A DNA stretch of 64,000 nt from contig CAVQDZ010000004.1 of assembly GCA_963711405.1 (NCBI GenBank), positions 264,208 through 328,207 of the forward strand, in the 5' to 3' direction. Made by a program: the position numbers and the translations under genes. The stretch's first letter is position 1, and each line of letters starts with the position of its first letter. This document shows positions 38,219-46,391 of this stretch, one piece after another. The notes under the pieces are model-generated. The model did no database searches. It was given only the letters and a program-made list of their open reading frames with translations, and was not told where the DNA came from. This DNA is from an uncultured Chloroflexia bacterium (GTDB taxonomy: Bacteria > Chloroflexota > Limnocylindria > Limnocylindrales > CSP1-4).

Positions 38219-38747
38219 CCACCTGCCCGTCGAGGGCGCCCATGTCCGTCTGCGCGACGTCGAGCTGGCCGATGCTGAGCTGGTCGATTGGCTGAACGAC
38301 CAGAAGGACATCGGCGGCTTCAACGATTTCGGACTGCCTCCGACGCCAACTCCGCGCGACGCGCTCGCGCGCGGGCCGCTGCGCAACGACCACAACGGCA
38401 CGCTCATCATCGAGCGGCTCAACAGTGAGCCGGTCGGCACCGTCCAGTGGCGCGCCGTGCACTACGGCCCGCCCGACGATTCGCGCGCTTGGAACATCGG
38501 CATCGAGATTCGTCCAAGTGCGCGCGGCCAGGGCCTTGGCGCGGAGGCGCAGCGGCTGCTCGCCGAGTGGCTTTTCGCGTCGACCAACGCAAACCGCGTC
38601 GAGGCGCAGACTGACATCGACAACGTCCCTGAGCAGCGCTCGCTCGAGAAGGCCGGCTTCCGTCGCGAAGGTGTGAATCGGGGCACCCAGTTCCGTGCCG
38701 GCGAGTTTCACGACCTGGTCATGTATTCGCGCCTGCGCTCGGACTAG
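38211..38747 (+). CDS. GNAT family N-acetyltransferase (RimJ/RimL-like)
   Basis: GIEIRPSARGQGLGAEA acetyl-CoA motif A, plus ENVPEQRSLEKAGFRREG. Overlaps the ketosynthase stop by 8 nt. Confidence 0.75.
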   Translation: MADHLPVEGAHVRLRDVELADAELVDWLNDQKDIGGFNDFGLPPTPTPRDALARGPLRNDHNGTLIIERLNSEPVGTVQWRAVHYGPPDDSRAWNIGIEIRPSARGQGLGAEAQRLLAEWLFASTNANRVEAQTDIDNVPEQRSLEKAGFRREGVNRGTQFRAGEFHDLVMYSRLRSD

Positions 38748-39856
38748 ATAACCCGGTCCAGGAACCGCGTTATCAGGAACAGCACGATCGGCAAAGCCAG
38801 CGCCGATACGACGGCGCGACCGGTGCTGGGATCCCACGGCCACGTCGACTGCTTTTTGACGAACTCGCGCTCTTGGAAAAGGCCCGCCAGCGCCTTGGTC
38901 AGCGCGTCGATGCGCGTCTGAGCCGCGCGCGACGCGTCGGCATCATTGCTATTAACCGACTCGCGATCGACGAGCTCGTGCAACGCCTCGCTGGTCGCTT
39001 CGATACGCACGCTGATCTCGCCCATCAGTCGCGACTTCTCGTACACCAGCCGGGAGTTCATGCCGCGCAACGGCAGCACGAACGTCGCGCCGGCGACAAC
39101 GAGCAGCGGCAATGAGAACAACAGCACCGTCGCCACCAGCGCCTGGTCGGTCGTGCCCGGAAAGGGCAATCCGGTGAAGACGGCCACCACCACGAGGGCG
39201 ATGGCGCTCCGCGCGGTCAGTCGCGACATTGCGTGCATAGGGCCAGGGCGCAGCAGGTCGACGTGTTCGACCGTGCGATGGAGGCGGCTGATGATGCGCA
39301 CCTGACGAACAACCAGGTAGACCAGGAAGAGCATCACTGGGCCAATCCAAAACGACTCGCTGACGACCCGCAGCGCGACGTGCAGCGGCGGATAGCCGAC
39401 CAAGTCGAAATCCGCCGGCGTGCTCGCGTAGCTGAGCACTGTCAACAGGCCGACCACGAGCCAGATGACGAGCACCGGCGTGAACGGAGTGCTGCTCAGC
39501 TCCTGGGCGATACGCGCGCTGGTTTCGTCGTCAAGGTTCGTCGACGGCCGAAACTGCGCCCACGCCTGACGCGCTCCGATCGACAGGTAGTGATACGCCG
39601 CCAGGGGGAATACATAGAAGAACGCGTAGCCGAAGCGCGTCGCAGTGCTCTCATTGAAGGTGAGTCCGCTGGTGATCGCCTCCGCGCTCAGAAACAGCAA
39701 CGCGAGCAAGGAGACGCCCACGTACGCGAGCCACGTCGGACCTGGGAGGCGCTCGATGGCGCCCACGATCCAGTCGACGATGCTCGGCCGGAATGGCTTC
39801 GCCTGGGAAACGACCTGGGCCGCCGTCCCCTCGGCAGCAACGACCTGGGTGGCCAT
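38744..39856 (-). CDS. Polytopic membrane protein, unknown function
   Basis: 370 aa with about 7 TM helices, a cytoplasmic helical segment (EISVRIEATSEALHELVD..RIDALTKALAGL) and a final TM helix. Convergent with the GNAT gene, overlapping its stop. Confidence 0.6.
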   Translation of the reverse strand: MATQVVAAEGTAAQVVSQAKPFRPSIVDWIVGAIERLPGPTWLAYVGVSLLALLFLSAEAITSGLTFNESTATRFGYAFFYVFPLAAYHYLSIGARQAWAQFRPSTNLDDETSARIAQELSSTPFTPVLVIWLVVGLLTVLSYASTPADFDLVGYPPLHVALRVVSESFWIGPVMLFLVYLVVRQVRIISRLHRTVEHVDLLRPGPMHAMSRLTARSAIALVVVAVFTGLPFPGTTDQALVATVLLFSLPLLVVAGATFVLPLRGMNSRLVYEKSRLMGEISVRIEATSEALHELVDRESVNSNDADASRAAQTRIDALTKALAGLFQEREFVKKQSTWPWDPSTGRAVVSALALPIVLFLITRFLDRVI

Positions 39857-39916
39857 GACCGGCGCAGTGTAGCGACCGTCATTCCGTCGACGGTGGCGTT
39901 CCTGACGCTTCGTATT

Positions 39917-40903
39917 TCAGTCGAGAGTGAAGTAATCCGGCCCCTGGTAAGCGCCCGTGCGCTCCTTGCGAATCTGCATCAGCACGTCGTTGAGCAGGCT
40001 GCTCGCACCGAAACGGAACAGATCCGGCGTCATCCACGCTGGCCCGAGCGTCTCGTACAGCACGACCAGATATTGAATCGCGTCCTTGGCCGTGCGGATG
40101 CCGCCGGCCGGCTTCATGCCCACGATGCGGCCCGTTCGGCGATGGAAGTCGCGAATCGCCTCGAGCATCACGAGCGTCACCGGCAGTGTCGCCGCAGGCG
40201 TGACCTTGCCCGTCGATGTCTTGATGAAATCGGCACCCGCGGCCATGGCCAGGATGCTCGCGCGACGCACGTTGTCATATGTCTCGAGCTCGCCTGTCTC
40301 AAGGATCACCTTCAGGTGAGCATTTCCGCACGCTTCCTTGATCGCCACGATCTCATCGAAGACGTGGCGGTAGTCACCCTGCAGGAAGGCGCCACGATCT
40401 ATGACCATGTCGATCTCGTCGGCACCTGCCTCCGCGGCTTCGCGCGTCTCGAGCAGCTTGACGTCAGCGAACGTCTGGCCCGACGGAAAGCCGGTCGACA
40501 CCGACGCGACCTTGACGGTGCTGCCGGCGAGCGCATCCTTGGCAACTGGAATCAGCGCCGGGTAGATGCACACGGCAGCGACGCTGGGAATGCTCGGATC
40601 ACCCGGGTCAGGCCGGATCGCCTTGGCGCACATGGCGCGCACCTTGCCTTCAGTGTCCTTGCCCTCGAGCGTGGTCAGATCCATCATTCGGATCGCCAGA
40701 TCGAGCGCCCACAGCTTTGATTCGCGCTTGATCGAGCGACGCTTGAGGCTGTCGACGCGCTCCTCGATGCCGACCTGGTCGACGCCGCCAACGCGTTCGA
40801 CGATCGCCTGGATGCCATCCGCCCGACCCACCCACGCGCGCACCAGCGCGCTGGCCTGCCGCTCAGCAGATGCGTTGCGCGGGGCGTCCGCGACCTGTGC
40901 CAT
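39917..40903 (-). CDS. deoC: Deoxyribose-phosphate aldolase (long form)
   Basis: Class I aldolase motifs: VAAVCIYP, GFPSG and Schiff-base Lys in DFIKTSTGK, plus KPAGGIRT. 328 aa. Confidence 0.85.
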   Translation of the reverse strand: MAQVADAPRNASAERQASALVRAWVGRADGIQAIVERVGGVDQVGIEERVDSLKRRSIKRESKLWALDLAIRMMDLTTLEGKDTEGKVRAMCAKAIRPDPGDPSIPSVAAVCIYPALIPVAKDALAGSTVKVASVSTGFPSGQTFADVKLLETREAAEAGADEIDMVIDRGAFLQGDYRHVFDEIVAIKEACGNAHLKVILETGELETYDNVRRASILAMAAGADFIKTSTGKVTPAATLPVTLVMLEAIRDFHRRTGRIVGMKPAGGIRTAKDAIQYLVVLYETLGPAWMTPDLFRFGASSLLNDVLMQIRKERTGAYQGPDYFTLD

Positions 40904-40995
40904 GCACCGATCTTACGCCACGCTGCCCCCAACGACGAGTGCCGGCACGTTCTGCGCTTGACGCCCGACCAACAACTGGGTGACTATTCGCTCAC

Positions 40996-41283
40996 ATGAC
41001 ACGAGCAAACGCGGAAGAACCGGTCGATGTTTTGATGGCGGCGCTCGCGGACCCGACGCGCCGGATGCTGTTCGATGCGGTCCTGCGCGAGCCCGGCCTG
41101 ACGACCTCACAGCTCGCGGCACGCGCGAAGCAGATCACGCGCTGGGGCGTGATCAAGCACATGGCCGTTCTACGCGACGCGGGCTTGATCCAGACGATGG
41201 CCACGGGGCGGTTGCGCCGTCATTACGCGGAAAGAGCCGCTCTGGCTCCTCTGCGCAGCTGGCTCGACGGAGTCAGCCGATGA
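40996..41283 (+). CDS. ArsR/SmtB-family HTH transcriptional regulator (no metal-site Cys)
   Basis: 95 aa. ALADPTRRMLFDAV..TSQLAARAKQITRWGVIKHMAVLRDAGLI winged-helix pattern. Confidence 0.7.
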   Translation: MTRANAEEPVDVLMAALADPTRRMLFDAVLREPGLTTSQLAARAKQITRWGVIKHMAVLRDAGLIQTMATGRLRRHYAERAALAPLRSWLDGVSR

Positions 41284-42229
41284 GCTCGCCCAGGGCGCTC
41301 AGCCACTGATCGCCGCGCAGGAGCGCACAGATGGTCGCGCCGTCGCGCAGGCTCGCCTGGCTGACCTCCGCCTGGCCGAGCAGGAACCTGTCCAGCAACG
41401 CAGAGACGATAGCCACACCGGCGGCAAGCTGACGCGCGCGCCGCGGCCGGACCAGGAACTCCGCGGCAACTTCTTCCGCCGTCATCTGAGCGAGGGTCGA
41501 CATGTCCTCGTTCAGATGCGCCCGATCCAGGACACCGAGTCGCGCGACGTTGGTCGCGGTGCCGCCCACGAAGACGACGCGCCCGATGTTGACCCCGGCA
41601 TGCTCGGGCCAGATGGCGCCGTCGACGACGTCGCGCGCCACGGCCATCAGCTCACTCAGCTCGTCGTGCGTGGGCGGGTCATGGGCGACGATCGCGTTGG
41701 TCAGTCGCGCCGAGCCAAGTGGCAGCGCGATCACGTCGAGCTCTCTGCCGGGCACATGGATCGCTGCCTCAGTTGAGCCGCCGCCGATATCGACCACGGC
41801 CAGGGCATCCGGCGGCATGCTGCCGCCCGTGACGCCAACAAACGTCAGCTCGGCCTCCTCGCGCACGCTCAGGACGTGGATCGTTTGTCCCGTGAAACGC
41901 TGCACCGCAGCGATCAGCTCATCTGTATTGCTCGCGCGGCGCAGCGGCTCCGTGCCCATGATCGCGATGTGCGCTGCGCCGGCGTCGACGGCCAAGCCGA
42001 CCTGGCGCTGGAGCGCGTCGACGACGGCCTGGAGCGGCTCGGGCTGAATCGCGCCGCCGGCGTCGACCGTGTCGCCCAGGCCGATCAGGTCGCTTTCGTC
42101 GACGAGCGGGAGCAGCTCGACATGCATCCCCGGGCGCACCGTGCGCCGCGCCTGGGCGGCCAGAACGTGGACGCTGTTGCTGCCGATGTCGATGGCCGCG
42201 GCGACGCGCGGTGGTGGAATGTCAGACAC
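41273..42229 (-). CDS. ppx: Exopolyphosphatase / Ppx-GppA family phosphatase
   Basis: In-frame GTG 42229. ASKHA motifs AAIDIGSNSVHVL, VVDIGGGSTE and FVGGTATN. The longer ORF to 42616 is an R-rich extension and is discounted. Confidence 0.75.
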   Translation of the reverse strand: MSDIPPPRVAAAIDIGSNSVHVLAAQARRTVRPGMHVELLPLVDESDLIGLGDTVDAGGAIQPEPLQAVVDALQRQVGLAVDAGAAHIAIMGTEPLRRASNTDELIAAVQRFTGQTIHVLSVREEAELTFVGVTGGSMPPDALAVVDIGGGSTEAAIHVPGRELDVIALPLGSARLTNAIVAHDPPTHDELSELMAVARDVVDGAIWPEHAGVNIGRVVFVGGTATNVARLGVLDRAHLNEDMSTLAQMTAEEVAAEFLVRPRRARQLAAGVAIVSALLDRFLLGQAEVSQASLRDGATICALLRGDQWLSALGELIG

Positions 42230-42283
42230 GGGCGAAGTGTCAACCCTGCGCCGCCGTCGCGGTGCGGCCGAATTGGTTAACGT

Positions 42284-43111
42284 TTGGCCGTGACCCTCAT
42301 TCCCGCTCGGCGCAGCCTGGCAGTTGCCGCTTGTCTGGTCCTGGTCGCGCTGGGTGCGGCGCCGGCCGGACCGGCCGGCGCCGCCGAGTGGAACGGCAAG
42401 TTCAGCATCTGGCGCAGCGGCGCCTTCGCCACGCAGTACCTGGACGCGTCGTGCGTTGGCGCGACGATCCAGATGACGCTCAACCTGATCAAGGGCGAGC
42501 ACGACCACGCCAAGGGTCGCCAGCTCAACTACCTGGCCTACGCCGCGGACAACTCGAAATACCCGGTCACCGACGGCGGCGCTGATCCGGAGGGTTGGGC
42601 CAATGCCCTGAAGCACTTCGGCGCCGGCGACGACTGGGGCTGGACGACCAACTCAACCCAGCAGGCCGCGCTCAACGAGGCGGCCAGGCAGATCCGCGAG
42701 ACGGGCGCTCCGGTCGGCCTGCTCGTCCACTTCGGCCGCCACGCGTGGCTCATGACCGGCTTCGAAGCGACCGCCGACCCACAGACGACCGACGACTACA
42801 CGGTCACCGCAGCAGAGGTGGTCGGCCCGCTGTGGCCCAGCGGAACGCTCAACGGCATCCACTTCGATCCAGGCCCGGGGACGTGGATGACGACCGGCGA
42901 ACTGGCGCGCAAGTTCGACGCCTACGTCGAGCCCGACCAGCCCATCTGGTACGGCAAGTACGTCACCGTCGTGCCACGCCTGAGCGAGGTCAACCAGGGT
43001 GGCTCGCCCGGTGAGCAAACGCCGGATCTGAAGTCCGCGTCGGGCTGGATCTACATCTTCGATCGGCTAGCGCAGTCCGTGCCCGTGCGTGACTACCTGT
43101 GGCTGCCGTGA
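42284..43111 (+). CDS. Secreted papain-fold (peptidase C39-like) protein
   Basis: Signal peptide. A Gln..Cys pair (ATQYLDASCVGATIQM) and a later His (FGRHAWLMTGF) are arranged as in Peptidase_C39_2-type domains. This assignment is by motif order only. Confidence 0.5.
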   Translation: MAVTLIPARRSLAVAACLVLVALGAAPAGPAGAAEWNGKFSIWRSGAFATQYLDASCVGATIQMTLNLIKGEHDHAKGRQLNYLAYAADNSKYPVTDGGADPEGWANALKHFGAGDDWGWTTNSTQQAALNEAARQIRETGAPVGLLVHFGRHAWLMTGFEATADPQTTDDYTVTAAEVVGPLWPSGTLNGIHFDPGPGTWMTTGELARKFDAYVEPDQPIWYGKYVTVVPRLSEVNQGGSPGEQTPDLKSASGWIYIFDRLAQSVPVRDYLWLP

Positions 43112-43511
43112 GTCGGTGCCGGTGAGCTCCTTCACCAGCGGGCGCGAATACCTCGTGCCCACGAAAGTCCATGCCGATCGCGCCAATTCCGTGCTCGAGC
43201 TCGAGTGGCCCGACGGCCACATCACGCGTTACGACTTCGAGACGCTGCGCTGGCTATGCCCATGCGCCTTCTGCCGCGGCGAGGCTGGTATCCCGGGCTG
43301 GCTCGACTCCAACCCGACGCTGACACCAGCCCAGACGCAGCTGACCGATCTCCAGCTCGTTGGCAGCTACGCGCTCCAGCCCACCTGGGCCGACGGGCAT
43401 CACACCGGCTTCTACACCTTCCAGCGCCTGCGCGACGAGTGTCCGTGCGCCGAGGACACGGAGGCCCGTGCCGGTGCCGCGGGTGTCGCGCGGCGGGCGC
43501 GCCTGGGCTAG
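43089..43511 (+). CDS. DUF971 domain protein
   Basis: LELEWPDGH..Y..LR..CPCAFC and WADGHHTGFY are typical of DUF971. The start is uncertain because ATG 43089 overlaps the upstream gene. Confidence 0.65.
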   Translation: MTTCGCRESVPVSSFTSGREYLVPTKVHADRANSVLELEWPDGHITRYDFETLRWLCPCAFCRGEAGIPGWLDSNPTLTPAQTQLTDLQLVGSYALQPTWADGHHTGFYTFQRLRDECPCAEDTEARAGAAGVARRARLG

Positions 43512-46147
43512 GGCGTCAGGACCACGTCGTCCAACCAGACACTGCCCGTTGCGGTGCCCAGGTTGAAGTTGAAGAGCGTCTTGGTGTCGGTCGTGGCCGG
43601 CGTGAGGCTGAACGTGAACTGCTGCCACGTCGTGGTGAGCGAGAACGTCTTTTCGACATACACCGGGTAGGGCGCCGAGTTCTTCTGGAACGCGACCCGA
43701 ATGGTCCTGTTCGAGGATGCTCGAGCCCAGAACGACATCGTCTGAAGGCGCCCCGCGGTGAGTGGCAGGTTCGGTTGAAGAAGCTGGACGTGCCAATCAC
43801 GCGAAGCGGTAGTGATGTCGACCCGCGCCGCAGCGGCGCCTGATTCGGGGTTGGTCGTGTCGCGCGTCACCGTCGCCTTGGCCGGGCTGGTCACGCTCGA
43901 GCGCCACGCACCCGGGTAGGCGAACGGAATGTTCTGCTCGAAGCCCGGGTTCTGGAAGGCATTGCCACTGACGGCGGCGTAGGTCGCGGTGTAGGTCGTG
44001 GCCGTTGCGGGCGTGGCGATGTTGTGCGTGGCTGCGCCGTTGTCCGACCAACCAATGAACTGGTAGGTCGTGCCATTCAGCGACTGACTCTGTGGGGCGC
44101 CGATCTCGCGCTGGAAGCCAACAACCCCGGTGATCGTCTGCGGCGCCGTCACGGGCGAGCCGTCGAGCGTCAGCGCCAGACCCGCCGGCTGCGTCGCGAG
44201 CGTGAACTGCTGCGTGATCGGCACGACGTCACGCGTGACCTCGGCCGTGTTGCCGTCGGTATCCGTGGCGCGCAGGTGGATGCGGTACCAGACGTTCGCC
44301 GATGCCTCCCCAGTCGTGGAGGCCACGAATGAGCCACTCGATTGGCCGCTGAACGGCTCGATGAACGGGTGCGTGTGCTGGTCGTGGTGGAACACGATCT
44401 CCCACGTCAGGCGTGCGGCGGGAATATTTCCGTCCTCGTCGTCGGTGGCACTGCCGGCGAAGTTGATCGTGTCGCCCGCGCGGAAGGTTGTCCCCGTGAC
44501 GGGGGCAGTGATGACGGGTACCGGCGCGGAGCCGATCGTCGTGGTCGTGGCCAGCCCGACGTCGTCGATCCAGACGCTGCCCGTCGCGGCGCCCAGGTTG
44601 AAGTTGAAGAGCGCCTTGGCATCGGTCGTGCTCGGCGTGAAGCTGAGCGTGTACGGCTGCCAGGTGGTACCGATCGAGAAGGTCTTGTCGATGTACACCG
44701 GGTACGGCGCACTGTTTTTCTGCAGTGCGGCGCGGACGGTCCGGTTTGACGTGGCACGCGCGTAGAACGTCAGCGTGTAGACCTTGTTCGCGGTCAGTGG
44801 CACGTTTGGCTGCAGCAGCTGGACGTGCCAATCGCGTGAAGCCGTGGTGATGTCGACGCGTGCTGAGGCTGTGCCAGACGCAAAGTCGGTCGTGTCGCGT
44901 GTCAGCGTCGACTTGGCCGGGCTGGTCACGCTCGAACGCCACGGACCGGGATAGCCAAAGGGAATGTTCTGCTCGAAGCCCGGGTTCTGGATGGCGTTGC
45001 CGGGATCGGGCGGCGGAGGCGGCGGAGCGGTGTCGCCGTACGCGATGCGGTCGACGGTCTTGGCCTCGACCGACAGGTAATAGAGCGCACCATCCGGGCC
45101 GATGTCGAGATCGACCGGATTCAGCGCGTTGGTGGCGAAATCCGTGACGGCCCCGGTCTGTGGGTTGAAGCGCTTGATGTAGTTGCCCACGTAGTCGCCG
45201 AAGAAGTAGTCGCCGCGGTACTCGCTCGGGAAGACTGTGCCGCGGTAGAAGACCGCGCCGGTGACGGACTTGCCGGGACCGTCGTTGTGGTTGTAGGTGT
45301 AGACCGGGTTCACGAAGCCGGCGTTGTTGCACATGCCCTCGCACGTGGGCCAGCCGTAGTTGGCGCCTGCCTGGCCCTGATCGATCTCCTCCCACGTCGA
45401 GTTGCCCACGTCGTTGATGAGCATCCGCTGCGAGCCCGGGTCGAAGGCAAAGGTGAACGGGTTGCGCAGGCCGTTGGCCCAGATCTGCGGCTTGATATTG
45501 GCTTGGCCCACGTATGGGTTGTCGGCCGGGACGCTGCCGTCGGTATTGATGCGCAGGATCTTGCCGTTCAGGTTGGTCATGTCCTGTGCATTCGGCCCGT
45601 AGCTGCCGTCGCCGGTGGAGATGTACAGCTTGCCGTCGCTGCCAAAATGCAGTGCGCCGGCGCTGTGGAAGACGCCTGTCGCGATGCCGTCGGCCAGCAC
45701 GACCTCGCTCGCGGGATCGGCGACATCAGGGTCGGACGCGCTGACCGTGAAGCGGCTGACCTTGTTGAGGACCGTCGTCGCGTCCGTGTAGTAGACATAG
45801 AAGCGCCCGTTGGTCGCGTAGTTCGGGTCGAAATCGATCGCCTTCAGCCCGTTCTCGGCGTCCGTGTTGGTCGACAGGGTCAGGAAGGGACGGGTCAGCA
45901 ACGAGCCGTTCTTGACGATCCTGATTGCGCCCTGCTTCTCGCTCACGAAGAGGCGGCCGTCGGCAGCAAATGTCATCGCCGTCAAGCGTCCGCCAAAGCC
46001 GCTGGCGAAGAGGCTGTCGCTGAACCCTGACGGCAGCGTCGCGAGCGCGGCAGCCGGCTGGATCGTCTGCAGCGGGCCAAGCGAGCCGAGCTGGGCGATC
46101 GCAAGCAACGCGGCTGTGAGTGCGGGGCGCCAGTGCTCGCGGACCAT
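43508..46147 (-). CDS. Secreted PQQ-dependent sugar dehydrogenase-like beta-propeller fused to two CBM4/9-like modules and an Ig-like middle region
   Basis: ATG 46147 with a signal peptide. Propeller motifs LFVSEKQG, GLRNPFTFAFDP, NDVGNSTWEEID and GANYGWP. Two roughly 150 aa modules begin N(A)(I/F)QNPGFEQNIPF and end GSVW(I/L)DDV. Confidence 0.75.
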   Translation of the reverse strand: MVREHWRPALTAALLAIAQLGSLGPLQTIQPAAALATLPSGFSDSLFASGFGGRLTAMTFAADGRLFVSEKQGAIRIVKNGSLLTRPFLTLSTNTDAENGLKAIDFDPNYATNGRFYVYYTDATTVLNKVSRFTVSASDPDVADPASEVVLADGIATGVFHSAGALHFGSDGKLYISTGDGSYGPNAQDMTNLNGKILRINTDGSVPADNPYVGQANIKPQIWANGLRNPFTFAFDPGSQRMLINDVGNSTWEEIDQGQAGANYGWPTCEGMCNNAGFVNPVYTYNHNDGPGKSVTGAVFYRGTVFPSEYRGDYFFGDYVGNYIKRFNPQTGAVTDFATNALNPVDLDIGPDGALYYLSVEAKTVDRIAYGDTAPPPPPPDPGNAIQNPGFEQNIPFGYPGPWRSSVTSPAKSTLTRDTTDFASGTASARVDITTASRDWHVQLLQPNVPLTANKVYTLTFYARATSNRTVRAALQKNSAPYPVYIDKTFSIGTTWQPYTLSFTPSTTDAKALFNFNLGAATGSVWIDDVGLATTTTIGSAPVPVITAPVTGTTFRAGDTINFAGSATDDEDGNIPAARLTWEIVFHHDQHTHPFIEPFSGQSSGSFVASTTGEASANVWYRIHLRATDTDGNTAEVTRDVVPITQQFTLATQPAGLALTLDGSPVTAPQTITGVVGFQREIGAPQSQSLNGTTYQFIGWSDNGAATHNIATPATATTYTATYAAVSGNAFQNPGFEQNIPFAYPGAWRSSVTSPAKATVTRDTTNPESGAAAARVDITTASRDWHVQLLQPNLPLTAGRLQTMSFWARASSNRTIRVAFQKNSAPYPVYVEKTFSLTTTWQQFTFSLTPATTDTKTLFNFNLGTATGSVWLDDVVLTP
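43511..43960 (-). repeat. Internal duplication, C-terminal CBM-like module (copy 2)
   Basis: Protein and nucleotide similarity to 44545-45000. For example, CCAGGTTGAAGTTGAAGAGCG occurs in both copies. Confidence 0.7.
44545..45000 (-). repeat. Internal duplication, first CBM-like module (copy 1)
   Basis: See 43511-43960. The two modules are collinear over about 150 codons. Confidence 0.7.
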
Positions 46148-46268
46148 GTGCGCCTTCACCTCGATGTGTGGATCGGGAGTATGCGAATGAGTCTGGTGCG
46201 TTCTTGTGTCTTTTTGTGCGGTCCAGTGCGCACAGGTGGACTGGAAACTAGCACCCGCGAGCGTGCAG

Positions 46269-46288
46269 CCGGTGCGCGCGCGCACCGG
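46269..46288. promoter_or_regulatory. Perfect 20-bp palindrome in the divergent promoter region between the PQQ-dehydrogenase gene and ppk1
   Basis: CCGGTGCGCGCGCGCACCGG is its own reverse complement. It is flanked by direct copies of TGCGAATG at 46181-46188 and 46293-46300. Confidence 0.35.
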
Positions 46289-46391
46289 ATACTGCGAATG
46301 GCGGCGCGAGGTACTTTCGATCGGTGTCGGCCGGTGCGCAAAAGCACCACGCTGGGAAGCCCGATGATCCGCTCGCTAGACTGACCGCCCA

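Noticed and set aside
39233-40720. 495 aa plus-strand ORF
   Set aside because: It is antisense to the membrane protein and deoC genes. It is rich in R/H/D/E with no domain signature, and deoC on the other strand has clear catalytic motifs.
42276-42281. Single GTTAAC hexamer in the ppx/peptidase divergent region; considered a further Pho box
   Set aside because: There is only one unit and no partner 11 bp away. A 6-mer palindrome occurs by chance too often to call.
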